Of a DNA stretch of 64,000 nt, positions 40,363-49,872 are shown piece by piece (the stretch's first letter is position 1; every line of letters begins with the position of its first letter). Location of the stretch: assembly GCA_051859245.1 (NCBI GenBank), contig JBHYGA010000005.1, forward strand, positions 891,537-955,536, given 5' to 3'. The DNA comes from Gemmatimonadaceae bacterium (GTDB lineage: Bacteria > Gemmatimonadota > Gemmatimonadetes > Gemmatimonadales > Gemmatimonadaceae). A program made the position numbers and the translations under genes. The notes below the pieces were generated by a model. It did not search any database. It saw only the letters and a list, made by a program, of their open reading frames with translations, and was not told the DNA's origin.

Positions 40363-40417
40363 GCTGTGGCTGCGTTTGTCGCGATCGGGCGCAGGACCAA
40401 TCGCACGACCAGATGCA

Positions 40418-40939
40418 CTACTCGCCTGCCAGCTCTCGCGAAAGAAAGAGACGCGCCTTGAGCCAGTCGCGCCCCACCGTGCGCGTGGAGACCTGCAGGA
40501 GGTCGGCAATCTCCTCGTCGCTGAGGCCGGCAAAAAACCGCAGCTCTACCACTCGACACAGACGCTCGTTGAGCGCACGCAAACGATCGAGCGCTTCGTC
40601 GAGCACCAGCAGATCGTCAACCTGAACGGCAAACGCGGCGTCCGCGCCCGTCAGCGTGATCGGCGCTACGCCGCCGCCGCGCTTGGCGGCCTGTCTGCTA
40701 CGCGCGTAGTCCACCAGCACCTGGCGCATCGCGCGCGCAACGCTGCCAAAGAAGTGCGCACGATTCTCCCACTGCGAACGCTCGCCCCCGAACTTGAGAT
40801 AGGCGTCGTGCAGGAGATCCGTGGTACTCAACGTGGCGGCGCTGGATCGCGTGCGCAGGTAGTTACGAGCGAGCCGCTTCAGCTCCCCGTACACTGGGTC
40901 GTCCAGCGAGTCCGGCGCGGGGGCTGCGCTCTCACTCAT
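40418..40939 (-). CDS. ECF sigma factor (TIGR02999-like, Ser/Thr-kinase-associated type)
   Basis: VYGELKRLA, LSTTDLLHDAYLK, AHFF..ARAMRQVLVDYAR...AKRGG, VELRFFAGL and RTVGRDW. Confidence 0.9.
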   Translation of the reverse strand: MSESAAPAPDSLDDPVYGELKRLARNYLRTRSSAATLSTTDLLHDAYLKFGGERSQWENRAHFFGSVARAMRQVLVDYARSRQAAKRGGGVAPITLTGADAAFAVQVDDLLVLDEALDRLRALNERLCRVVELRFFAGLSDEEIADLLQVSTRTVGRDWLKARLFLSRELAGE

Positions 40940-41115
40940 GCACGAGGGTGGGCTGAGGGGAACTCAGGGCCGTGGGGCGCATCCGCATAGTATGTGGCCA
41001 AGGACCATGCTTCGCCAACGGGGTCGGTACGCGCGCGTCTCGATAGTTGAACTCCGAACCGTTTTGATCGATACTCTACGCTCTGCGTCTCACATCCCAC
41101 GCGCTGGAGCACCGA

Positions 41116-43488
41116 TTGACGGTTGCCATATCCGCGAAGTCCGAGCCTGCGTCTGCCGAAGCCGAGTCCTTGGGCGACCGCGAGAGCGCCGCGTTCCCCA
41201 AGGCTGCTCGCGTGTCGCTTGGATCCGTCCCCGTTGCGGCGGCGCTACTGGATGCGCACGGGCGAGTGGTCGACTGCAACGACGCGTTTCTCGACACCTT
41301 CCGCATGTCGTCGGATGCGCGGCACGGCCTGCGATTCAGCGACTGCTTTGGCGTCGATACCGATGTCGACGCGGCGACACGAGTGCACGCGGCCATCACG
41401 CAGGGTGGAATGTTCGTTGGAGAGCTGCTGTGCTATACGCGCACTGGTTCACTGTTCTGGAACGACCTGACCGTGGTGCCCGTCGAACGTACGAGTGCTG
41501 ACGCTGCGGTGGCGCTTGTACTTGTGCGTGACGTGACCGCCCGTCGCACCGCGGCCTCTGTGCTGGGATCAACCAGTTCGGCTGATCGCCTGTTGCTGGA
41601 CCGCATTCAAGCTGGCGTCGTCGTGCATTCTGCGAACACAGATATTCTGTATGCCAACGCCAAGGCCAACGAACTGTTGGGTGTATCGCACGAAGCCGCA
41701 CTCGGCGCAGTAAACAGTGATGCGCGTTGGTCATTCGTGCGCGAAGACGGCTCAGACATGCCGGTCGATGAGTATCCGGTCGCCAAGTGTCTGTTCACGG
41801 GCGAGGCGATCCGTGACCTCACGGTTGGCGTGAAACGTGTGAACGACAGCAAGCTGCTCTGGCTGCTGGGCAATGCGTATCCCGTGCGTGATGCAGACGG
41901 ACGCATTGCGGAAATTGTGGTCAGTTTCACGGACATTACCGAACTCAAGCAGGCCGAACGCGCGCTGGGCAAGTCGGAAGAACGACTGCGCTACGTGTTG
42001 CAGGGAAGCAAGGACGGTTGGTGGGACTTGGATATCGAGACAGACGCGCTGTACTACAGCCCAAGTTGGTGGGCGATGCTCGGGTACCAGATGGAGGAGT
42101 TGCCGGTGGATTCGTCCACCTGGGTTCGTCAGCTGCATCCAGACGACAAGTCCCGCGCGCTTTCACAGCTGCAGAGTTGGCTGGATGCGGATCGTGATTC
42201 GTTCGAGTTTGAGTTTCGACTGCGACATAAAGACGGCCACTATGTGCGCGTCCTGTGCCGTGGATTTGTCTTGCGCGATCACGACGGCCGTCCGCTGCGC
42301 GTTTCGGGTACCAACACCGACATCACCGAGCGACATGCACTTGAGGAGCGACTGCAGCAGTCGCAGAAAATGGAAGCGATCGGTCAGCTCGCCGGCGGTG
42401 TGGCGCACGACTTCAACAATCTGCTCGCCGTGATCGTGGGCAATCTGGAGTTGATCGACGAGGCAGAAACCGGCAGTGCCGATGCGCGGGTTGGATTGGC
42501 GGATGCGATGTCCGCGGCGCAGCGTGGCGCGGATCTCACGCATCGCCTGCTCGCCTTTTCGCGCCGACAGCCGATGCAGGCGACTACCGTGGAGACGGGA
42601 CGCGTGGTGCAGGGACTCAGCTCAGTGTTACGTCGCATCATTGCGGAGTCCATCAATGTGCACGTAGACGTTGCCCCCTCGCTTCCTGCTATTCGCATCG
42701 ATGGCAGTCTGCTGGAGAATGCCTTGCTGAATCTCGCGATCAACGCGCGAGACGCGATGCCATCGGGTGGCGCCTTGCGCATCAGCGCTGCGTTGGTCGA
42801 GATCGAGGAGCACACCGACTCCGAACTTGCGCCTGGCGAGTACGTACACATCTCCGTGGTGGACACCGGCTCGGGGATGACCGAGGAAGTGCGCCGTCGT
42901 GCCATGGAGCCGTTCTTTACGACCAAGCCTGCAGGGAGCGGCACCGGACTTGGGCTCAGTATGGTCTACGCGTTTGTAAAGCAGTCGGGCGGTGGCATGC
43001 GCATTCACTCGCAAGTCGGCCAAGGCACCACGATTCACTTGTATCTTCCAGCCGTTGCGAACGCGGACGAAATCGCGATGCGAGTCGCCGAGTTGTCGCC
43101 CAAAGAACTGCGGGGCAATGGCGAAGTCGTGCTGGTTGTTGAGGACGATGCAAGCGTGCGCCGACTGTGTGTGCGCTCGCTCTCGGCACTCAACTATCAG
43201 GCGGTGCCCGCATGCGACGGACCCGATGCCCTCGCGGTGCTCGAATGCACGCCGGGTGTGCGGGTGTTGCTCACTGATATGGTGATGCCGAACGGGATGA
43301 GCGGCAAACAGCTCGCCGACGCGGTGCAGGCGCGGTGGCCCGACGTGCGCGTGGTGTATATGTCAGGCTACACCGCCAACATGTTGAACGTAGAACAAGC
43401 CGACGCCCCTCCGCTGCTGAGCAAACCCTTTTCCAGCGCCGAACTGGGCCGTGTGTTGCGCGAGACGCTTAGGGGTGCAACGACATAG
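41116..43488 (+). CDS. Cytoplasmic hybrid histidine kinase (3 PAS, HisKA, HATPase, receiver)
   Basis: PAS/PAC motifs, GGVAHDFNNLL, NARDAM, DTGSG, GTGLGL and receiver TDMVMP...KPF. Start uncertain. Confidence 0.92.
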   Translation: MTVAISAKSEPASAEAESLGDRESAAFPKAARVSLGSVPVAAALLDAHGRVVDCNDAFLDTFRMSSDARHGLRFSDCFGVDTDVDAATRVHAAITQGGMFVGELLCYTRTGSLFWNDLTVVPVERTSADAAVALVLVRDVTARRTAASVLGSTSSADRLLLDRIQAGVVVHSANTDILYANAKANELLGVSHEAALGAVNSDARWSFVREDGSDMPVDEYPVAKCLFTGEAIRDLTVGVKRVNDSKLLWLLGNAYPVRDADGRIAEIVVSFTDITELKQAERALGKSEERLRYVLQGSKDGWWDLDIETDALYYSPSWWAMLGYQMEELPVDSSTWVRQLHPDDKSRALSQLQSWLDADRDSFEFEFRLRHKDGHYVRVLCRGFVLRDHDGRPLRVSGTNTDITERHALEERLQQSQKMEAIGQLAGGVAHDFNNLLAVIVGNLELIDEAETGSADARVGLADAMSAAQRGADLTHRLLAFSRRQPMQATTVETGRVVQGLSSVLRRIIAESINVHVDVAPSLPAIRIDGSLLENALLNLAINARDAMPSGGALRISAALVEIEEHTDSELAPGEYVHISVVDTGSGMTEEVRRRAMEPFFTTKPAGSGTGLGLSMVYAFVKQSGGGMRIHSQVGQGTTIHLYLPAVANADEIAMRVAELSPKELRGNGEVVLVVEDDASVRRLCVRSLSALNYQAVPACDGPDALAVLECTPGVRVLLTDMVMPNGMSGKQLADAVQARWPDVRVVYMSGYTANMLNVEQADAPPLLSKPFSSAELGRVLRETLRGATT

Positions 43489-43499
43489 CGCTGCACCCC
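43472..43499. terminator. Hairpin at a convergent gene junction
   Basis: GGGGTGCA...TGCACCCC around the kinase stop codon; no U-tract. Confidence 0.4.
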
Positions 43500-43532
43500 G
43501 CGTGGCCCAGTGATCGTGAACGAAACGCGAAC

Positions 43533-44231
43533 TCAGTTGTCCGCGAGGATCACACTTTCCAGCGGCGCGCCGCTGCCCGTCTTTTCGACCGCGGCAATGG
43601 TGCGGATCTTTCCGGCGGCGACCTGCACATTGTTGATCGTCAGCACCGGCGTCTTTGTGCCCGCTGTTGTCATGATCACCACGAACGTACCGGCATCACG
43701 CACGATGTAGTCCGACGCCGTTTTCTCGGCGAGATTCGCCCGGGCCGGCGTTGCATTGGCCAACTCGTTCGCGTTGGCCAAAATGTACACATCAACCGCG
43801 CCAGCACCGACCGCTGCATGCACTGCCCGCAACTTCACTTTTCCGGCGGCGGGCACGGTATTGTTGTCAGTCAGAATGAAAGACTGAGGTGCCGCCTCGG
43901 TCCCAGCGGCGAACACCGTGTAGTCAACCGCGTTGGCAACCGTTTGGTTTGCGGTGAGCAAGTCCGTCGCTACGCCGGCCTTGCGGAACTTCACCGCAGT
44001 GGCGCCGGTCGCGATGCTGCGATACCCGTCGCTCGACTTGTACGCAAGATTCGTTTTGTAGCTGGTGGTGTTGAGCAACACATCCACGCCCGTCACATTG
44101 CTCACGGCGTGCACCGCACGAATGCGGCCGGTATTGGACGGCCCTGACGGATCGTCATCACACGCCGCCAGCGCGGCAACGGCAGTGACGGCAAGCACAC
44201 TACGGGCGATACTGCGAAACGATAAACGCAT
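43533..44231 (-). CDS. DUF4397-like lipoprotein
   Basis: Lipobox LAAC-DDD and two repeats of RAVHA....VDV. GGAG RBS. Confidence 0.8.
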   Translation of the reverse strand: MRLSFRSIARSVLAVTAVAALAACDDDPSGPSNTGRIRAVHAVSNVTGVDVLLNTTSYKTNLAYKSSDGYRSIATGATAVKFRKAGVATDLLTANQTVANAVDYTVFAAGTEAAPQSFILTDNNTVPAAGKVKLRAVHAAVGAGAVDVYILANANELANATPARANLAEKTASDYIVRDAGTFVVIMTTAGTKTPVLTINNVQVAAGKIRTIAAVEKTGSGAPLESVILADN

Positions 44232-44313
44232 GACAGACTCCGTGAAGAAAGGGAAATCACAACGCACCTCGCGTTGCCATCTTCACGGCATTACTTGTCG
44301 ACCTAATCGCGCA

Positions 44314-45219
44314 TCACAACTTCCGCACGCGTGCTTTCCGCCACCCCCAAACTCCAATCGCCAGCAGCGCGATGGTTGGAATGATGATGCCAAGCATCGC
44401 AATGAAGCCGGCCACAAATCCAACAAAATTTCGCCATGCCGCGCGTACCGCATTAAGCAGTACATTGTCTCCCGCCGATGGGTTCATGAGCGGCGCGGGT
44501 TCGTGGACCGTCACGTTGAGCGTGCTGATCGCCACGCGTGATTGCAGGTAGCGAATGCGCCCCGTATACCGTTCGATTTCTTCGCGCACGCGCGCGAGCT
44601 CCCGTTCCACAGCGAGCACGTCTTCAAGCTTGCCGGCGCGGGTGGCAAGCAGGTTCACCATTCGCTCCTCCAGTCGACGCGCATTGGCAACACGCGCGTT
44701 CACATCGACAAACTCCTCACCGACATCTTCGGCGGTTGATGAGATTGACTCGATGTTACCAAGCGACTCCAGTCCGGCGAGTGCGGAGTCGAACCGCGCG
44801 GCCGGAATCTTGAGTTCGATCGTGGCGCTACGCCCCTGGTACTCGGCCGCCGAAAGCGATGAGTTGCCAACGTAGCCGCCATACCGCGTGGCGAGCGCCT
44901 GCACCGCGCGAATCGCCAGCTCGAGTGAATCCACTTCAAGCGTCGCGGCCCCATTGCGGATGATCATGCTGGGAGCAATCACCGTGCTCGCGGACGCATT
45001 ACCCGGCGTAGACTGCGCCAAGGCGTCTGCGTTCCCCGCCGGCCCGGCGCTCTTGGAGAGACTCACCGGAGCAGGCGACGACATCACGGCAAGTTCCTCG
45101 GCGCCAGACGAGGGTGATGCGCTGATGGGCACCTGAACGTCGTCACCGCACGCGCTGAGGGCGAATGCGATGACGCCGAACGCAACGATACGCGTCGTGG
45201 TTGCTGAAGCAGTGTGCAT
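44314..45219 (-). CDS. DUF4349 domain lipoprotein
   Basis: LSAC lipobox, IIRNG..LEV, GGYV, EDVGEEFVD, ELARVREEIE and a C-terminal TM helix. Confidence 0.85.
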   Translation of the reverse strand: MHTASATTTRIVAFGVIAFALSACGDDVQVPISASPSSGAEELAVMSSPAPVSLSKSAGPAGNADALAQSTPGNASASTVIAPSMIIRNGAATLEVDSLELAIRAVQALATRYGGYVGNSSLSAAEYQGRSATIELKIPAARFDSALAGLESLGNIESISSTAEDVGEEFVDVNARVANARRLEERMVNLLATRAGKLEDVLAVERELARVREEIERYTGRIRYLQSRVAISTLNVTVHEPAPLMNPSAGDNVLLNAVRAAWRNFVGFVAGFIAMLGIIIPTIALLAIGVWGWRKARVRKL

Positions 45220-45261
45220 GGTGTGGAGAGGGGTGAAGCGCGACGAGCGAAGCACGACGTG

Positions 45262-46572
45262 CTACACCGCGGGCAACACCTTTGGATCCCACACCTTTTC
45301 GGACTTGGCAATAAAGGTGGTCGCCACAAGATCTCCCGTCACGTTCACCGTGGTGCGAGCCATGTCGAGAATGCGATCCACGCCGAGAATCAGCGCAATG
45401 CCTTCACCCGGAACACCGAACATGGCAAGAATGCCGATCAGCAGCGGCAGCGAACCGCCCGGCACGCCGGCCGCTCCAACGGCCGTGATCACGCACATCA
45501 CCATCACGATGGCCTGATCGCCCAGTGACAGCGACACGCCAAACACTTGCGCGAGGAACAGCACCGTCACGCCCTCAAAGAGTGATGTGCCGTTCATGTT
45601 CATCGTGGCGCCGAGTGGCAGCACAAAGCCAGCGATCTGAGGCGGTACACCGAGCCGCTGCTCGGCGCAGGCGATGCTCGTAGGGAGCGTTCCGTTGCTG
45701 GAGCTCGTTGAAAACGCCGTAATCATCGGCGAACGCACGCGCGAGAAGAAGGCCAGCGGAGACATACCCACGAGGCCGCGCAGCAACAGGCTGTAGTTCA
45801 CTACAACGTGCAGCAGCAACGAGAGCAGCACGACAACCACATACACGGCGAGTGGTTTGAGCAGTGCCAGACCGAAACGCGAGGTAACGCCGAACACGAG
45901 TCCGGCCACGCCGTAGGGCGCGATCTTCATGGCGAAGTCAACGATCTTGAGCACCACATCGTTCAGCGCCTCGAGCACGCCGATCATGAGTTTGGCGCGA
46001 TCCGATGCGATGAGCGTAAGCGCTGCGCCAAACACGATGCCGAAGAAAATGATGCCGAGCAAATCGAGATCGACCGCTGACTTGATCGGGTTGCGCGTGA
46101 CGATGTTGACGACGGTCTGCACGCCAAACGTGCTCTGCTCCGCGGCCTGCATTCGAGTAGCGGCGTCTCCCGCGTACGTCTCAAGTAGCTGAGTTCGTAC
46201 TTCCGGTGTGATGCGAGTGCCGGGCTTGAAAATCTGCACCATCAGCAGTCCAACACTGACCGAAAGCGCAGTCGTCACCAGGAAGAAACCGAGTGTCTTG
46301 GCCCCGATCCGCCCGACGCGCCGCAGGTCGCCCAAGCCGGCCACACCGAGTGTGATTGACGCGAACACCAGCGGTACAACAATCATGAACAGCAGGTTGA
46401 GAAAAATCGCACCGATTGGTCCCGCAACGTATTTGTTCGCGCCCGCGACAAACGGATGCGTTCCGCCAAGCGTGAGATTGCAGATCACGCCAATGACCGC
46501 GCCCAGCAACAGGCCGCCGAGAATTTTGGTGTGTAGCGGAATTCCACGTGACTCGTGGGAGGAAGCGCTCAT
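45262..46572 (-). CDS. Dicarboxylate/amino acid:cation symporter (DAACS, GltP-like)
   Basis: AFSTSSSNGTLP, PLGATMNMNGT, GVPGG and DRILDMARTTVNV. Confidence 0.93.
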   Translation of the reverse strand: MSASSHESRGIPLHTKILGGLLLGAVIGVICNLTLGGTHPFVAGANKYVAGPIGAIFLNLLFMIVVPLVFASITLGVAGLGDLRRVGRIGAKTLGFFLVTTALSVSVGLLMVQIFKPGTRITPEVRTQLLETYAGDAATRMQAAEQSTFGVQTVVNIVTRNPIKSAVDLDLLGIIFFGIVFGAALTLIASDRAKLMIGVLEALNDVVLKIVDFAMKIAPYGVAGLVFGVTSRFGLALLKPLAVYVVVVLLSLLLHVVVNYSLLLRGLVGMSPLAFFSRVRSPMITAFSTSSSNGTLPTSIACAEQRLGVPPQIAGFVLPLGATMNMNGTSLFEGVTVLFLAQVFGVSLSLGDQAIVMVMCVITAVGAAGVPGGSLPLLIGILAMFGVPGEGIALILGVDRILDMARTTVNVTGDLVATTFIAKSEKVWDPKVLPAV

Positions 46573-48134
46573 CGGATACCAGCCTCAGGTGAATGCGAGC
46601 CAGATGCACGGCGGCCTGCCACACTGTGGCGACGGCCGTAGAAGAAGTAGATGGCCAGCCCGATCGCCAACCACGCGATCAGTCGTTCCCACGCCTCAAT
46701 CGGAAGACGTGACATCAAATACACACACACCGCAATGCCGAGGATCGGCACCAACGGCACAAACGGCGTACGAAATGGACGCGCACGGTTTGGCTCTTTC
46801 ACGCGCAAATACCAGACACCACCGCACACGATGGCAAATGCCAGCAATGTCCCGATAGAAACGAGATGTCCGAGAGTTGAGACGTCGTACAAACCGGCCA
46901 GCAGCGCGCACACCACGCCGGTTAACGCACTGGAGATGTGCGGCGTTCGAAAGGTTGGATGGAGCCGCCCGAAGATAGGGGGAAGCAGCCCATCGCGCGA
47001 CATGGTGTAGAAAATGCGAGGCTGACTCATCAGCATCACCAGCATCACCGAGGAAAGACCGGCGATTGCGCCCAGTTTGATGAGTGACGCGAGCCACGTG
47101 AATCCGGTTGCCTCGATCGCGACGGCGATCGGCTCCGCCACGTTGAGCTCGGGGTACGGCACGATGGCCGTCATGATCGCCGATACGAGGATATACAGCA
47201 ACGTACAGACGAACAGGGAGCCAAGAATGCCAATCGGCATATCACGCTGCGGGTTCTTCGCTTCCTGTGCCGTCGTGGACACCGCGTCAAACCCGATGTA
47301 CGCAAAGAAAATCACGCCGGCGGCCGCCACGATCCCGTCCAATCCAAAAGCCCGTGGGCCCGTGGCCGTCGGGATGAACGGCGTCCAGTTTGCAATGGCC
47401 TGATCCATGTGCGTGAACACGAAGTAGCCACCCGCACCGATGAAGAGAAAGACCACGGCGAGTTTGATGATCACCGCCACATTGTTGAATCGTGCGGACT
47501 CCTTGATCCCCCGGATCAGCAGCACGGTCATCGCGAAGACGCCGAGCGCGGCGATGATGTTGAATCCGCCCTGCGCCTGGGGAAGGGTGTCGATGTTGAC
47601 TCCTTGCGCCGCAAGCGATTGCGCCAGCTCTTCCGTGCGGCGCACCCAACTGTCCGAGCCCGGTGGCTGGATCAGCGCGCCCGGCGCGTTGCTCAGGCTT
47701 GGAGGCAGCACCACGCCGATGTCTTTCAGGAACGAGTTCACGTAGCCTGACCATCCGGCAGCAACTGTTGCCGCGCCGAAGAGGTACTCGAGGATCAGAT
47801 CCCAGCCGATGATCCAGGCAATAAGCTCGCCCAGCGTGGCGTAGCCGTACGTATACGCGGAACCAGCCACGGGGATCATGGCGGCGAACTCAGCGTAACA
47901 CAGACCCGCGAATACGCATCCCGTTCCGGCGAGCAAAAAGGCCAGCACGATGGCGGGCCCCGCATGCTGCGCCGCTGCCGTACCCGTCAGCACAAAAATT
48001 CCGGTACCGATAATGGCGCCGATGCCGAGCGTCACGAGGTTGAGCGGACCAAGCGATCGTTTGAGCGCGTGCTGGCCCTCGGCGGTTGCGTCGCCCTGCA
48101 ACTCGTCGATTGATTTTCGGACAAAAAGACTCAT
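46569..48134 (-). CDS. APC superfamily amino acid permease
   Basis: GAIIGTGIF, CYAEFA, GSAYTY, GWDLILEY, FFAYIGFD and EAKNPQR. Confidence 0.95.
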   Translation of the reverse strand: MSLFVRKSIDELQGDATAEGQHALKRSLGPLNLVTLGIGAIIGTGIFVLTGTAAAQHAGPAIVLAFLLAGTGCVFAGLCYAEFAAMIPVAGSAYTYGYATLGELIAWIIGWDLILEYLFGAATVAAGWSGYVNSFLKDIGVVLPPSLSNAPGALIQPPGSDSWVRRTEELAQSLAAQGVNIDTLPQAQGGFNIIAALGVFAMTVLLIRGIKESARFNNVAVIIKLAVVFLFIGAGGYFVFTHMDQAIANWTPFIPTATGPRAFGLDGIVAAAGVIFFAYIGFDAVSTTAQEAKNPQRDMPIGILGSLFVCTLLYILVSAIMTAIVPYPELNVAEPIAVAIEATGFTWLASLIKLGAIAGLSSVMLVMLMSQPRIFYTMSRDGLLPPIFGRLHPTFRTPHISSALTGVVCALLAGLYDVSTLGHLVSIGTLLAFAIVCGGVWYLRVKEPNRARPFRTPFVPLVPILGIAVCVYLMSRLPIEAWERLIAWLAIGLAIYFFYGRRHSVAGRRASGSHSPEAGIR

Positions 48135-48307
48135 GGAATCACATGCCTTGGTCGGATGAAGTCGTCGACGATGCCGACGAACCGTAGGCATTCACCTGCG
48201 TACGACAGCGCGACCTCACGTCATGTTGACGAGAGGCGGATTAACGGAGCGAGTGAATGCGGAGCGCGAGATCAACCCCAACGACCTGGCGCGATGCGCG
48301 CAGGGCG

Positions 48308-48682
48308 CTAGGCGAGCGCCACTCGAGGCGGAGGGTTCGCATAGCGAACCACCTGTGCACCGGCCAGACGCCGGCATTGCACAAGATCTGCCCAGCAACG
48401 GCGACCGCACGGCCCGCATGACATCGGCAGGTGCTTTCGCGTGACCGTGACGAACAATCCAGTCTGATCTCGTCCAATCCCGCGCTGTTCGGTCGAGAGC
48501 AGCTCAATGCGTTCCGACTCGCGGAGGTCTGACGACGGCCGGTTATTCGACGCGCTGACGGTCGGCACAGGCGCGTTCGCCTGACCCTCTCTTTGCCTTG
48601 CAACCGCAGATCCCAGACTGGCGTCTGCCCAAGCGAGCGTGAGCCATCCCAGACACAAGGCGAGCATCCAACGCTTACCCAT
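48308..48682 (-). CDS. Small exported Cys-containing protein with C-terminal PPP; candidate regulatory leader ORF
   Basis: GAGG before the ATG, signal peptide MGKRWMLALCLGWLTLAWA, CGPCGRRC and YANPPPRVALA-stop. Best coding candidate in a gap of about 690 bp. Confidence 0.55.
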   Translation of the reverse strand: MGKRWMLALCLGWLTLAWADASLGSAVARQREGQANAPVPTVSASNNRPSSDLRESERIELLSTEQRGIGRDQTGLFVTVTRKHLPMSCGPCGRRCWADLVQCRRLAGAQVVRYANPPPRVALA

Positions 48683-48819
48683 CGCTCGCCTCATCGGTTG
48701 TTGGTGGTAGGGGGCGGCCACGCACGGCGCAGGGAACGCCGCAATAACGCCGACGGCCAGAAGCCACGCAAGGCGGGTGCCTCAGTGGCAATGAGCCGAT
48801 TGATGCGTGAAGTTCCGGG

Positions 48820-49872
48820 ATGGCCCCTCACTTCCTGCCTGTCGATGCCCCGCTCGTGGACTATGAAACACAAGCGGCCAGGCTACTCGATGAGCACGTT
48901 GGCAGTGCGGCGATGTCTCTTGACGACGCCCGCCTGGCCGTCGCGCGTGGCTACGGCTTCCGCGACTGGGCCGCGCTTTCGCGCACGGTGCTCGACATGC
49001 AGCATCACGAGTCCGCCGTTCGGGCGTTCGAGCTGGCGGCCGACGCGGTCATCACGGGAGACATGGTCACCTTGTCGCGCATGCTGCACACGAATCCCGA
49101 TCTCGTGCACGCACGCTCATCTCGCATCACATGTCATGACCCGGCCGTGCACGGCGCCACACTGCTGCACTACATCGCGGCGAACGGCGTAGAGAACTAT
49201 CGTCAGCGCTCTCCGACGAACGCCGTTGAGATCGCGCGCGTGCTGCTCGACGCCGGTGCCGGCGTCGATGCGCTGGCCGGACTGTATGGCGGACAGTGCA
49301 CCACGTTGAGCCTGCTGGTTTCGAGTTCGCCACCCGCGCGGGCCGGTGTACAGGTACCGCTGGTGCATGTACTTGCGGACTACGGCGCGAATCTGGACGG
49401 CGTGGGAGATTCTGCGTGGCGGTCACCACTGCACACCGCGCTCGTCTTCGGATTCACAGACGCCGCGCGGGCACTCGTGGCGCGCGGGTCGCGTGTTGAT
49501 GCTTTAGCCATTGCCGCGGGGCTGGACGACCTCGAACGGTGCCTCGCAATGATGCCGCTGGCGAACGCGGATGAACGACACCGCGCGTTGGCGCTGGCCG
49601 TGGAGAATGATGCGCTCAACGTGCTGCACTACCTGCTGGACGCCGGCGAACGCCCGGATCGCTTCAATCCCACGGGCATGCACGCGCATCAGACGCCACT
49701 CCACAGCGCCGCGCTGCGCGGCAATCTCGCCATGGTTGAAATGCTACTGCAGTACGGCGCGTCAACGCACGCGGAAGACTTGCAGTGGCACGCCACGCCC
49801 ATGGGATGGGCGCAGCATGCTGCTCAGTTACACATCATCGACTATTTGCGAACTCGACAGCGCGGCGCTTAA
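48820..49872 (+). CDS. Ankyrin repeat protein with N-terminal ARxYGFxxW motif
   Basis: ATLLH, SPLHTA, TPLHSAALRG and LLDAGA repeats. Confidence 0.85.
   Translation: MAPHFLPVDAPLVDYETQAARLLDEHVGSAAMSLDDARLAVARGYGFRDWAALSRTVLDMQHHESAVRAFELAADAVITGDMVTLSRMLHTNPDLVHARSSRITCHDPAVHGATLLHYIAANGVENYRQRSPTNAVEIARVLLDAGAGVDALAGLYGGQCTTLSLLVSSSPPARAGVQVPLVHVLADYGANLDGVGDSAWRSPLHTALVFGFTDAARALVARGSRVDALAIAAGLDDLERCLAMMPLANADERHRALALAVENDALNVLHYLLDAGERPDRFNPTGMHAHQTPLHSAALRGNLAMVEMLLQYGASTHAEDLQWHATPMGWAQHAAQLHIIDYLRTRQRGA

Noticed and set aside
41230..41545. First PAS domain of the hybrid kinase as a LOV photosensor
   Set aside because: The PAC part looks LOV-like (GSLFWN), but the GRNCRFLQ motif is absent (GLRFSDCF).
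33412..49872. Accessory stretch as a prophage, ICE or defence island
   Set aside because: No integrase, transposase, phage or defence genes are recognisable, and there is no tRNA or flanking direct repeat. No compositional shift is evident by eye.
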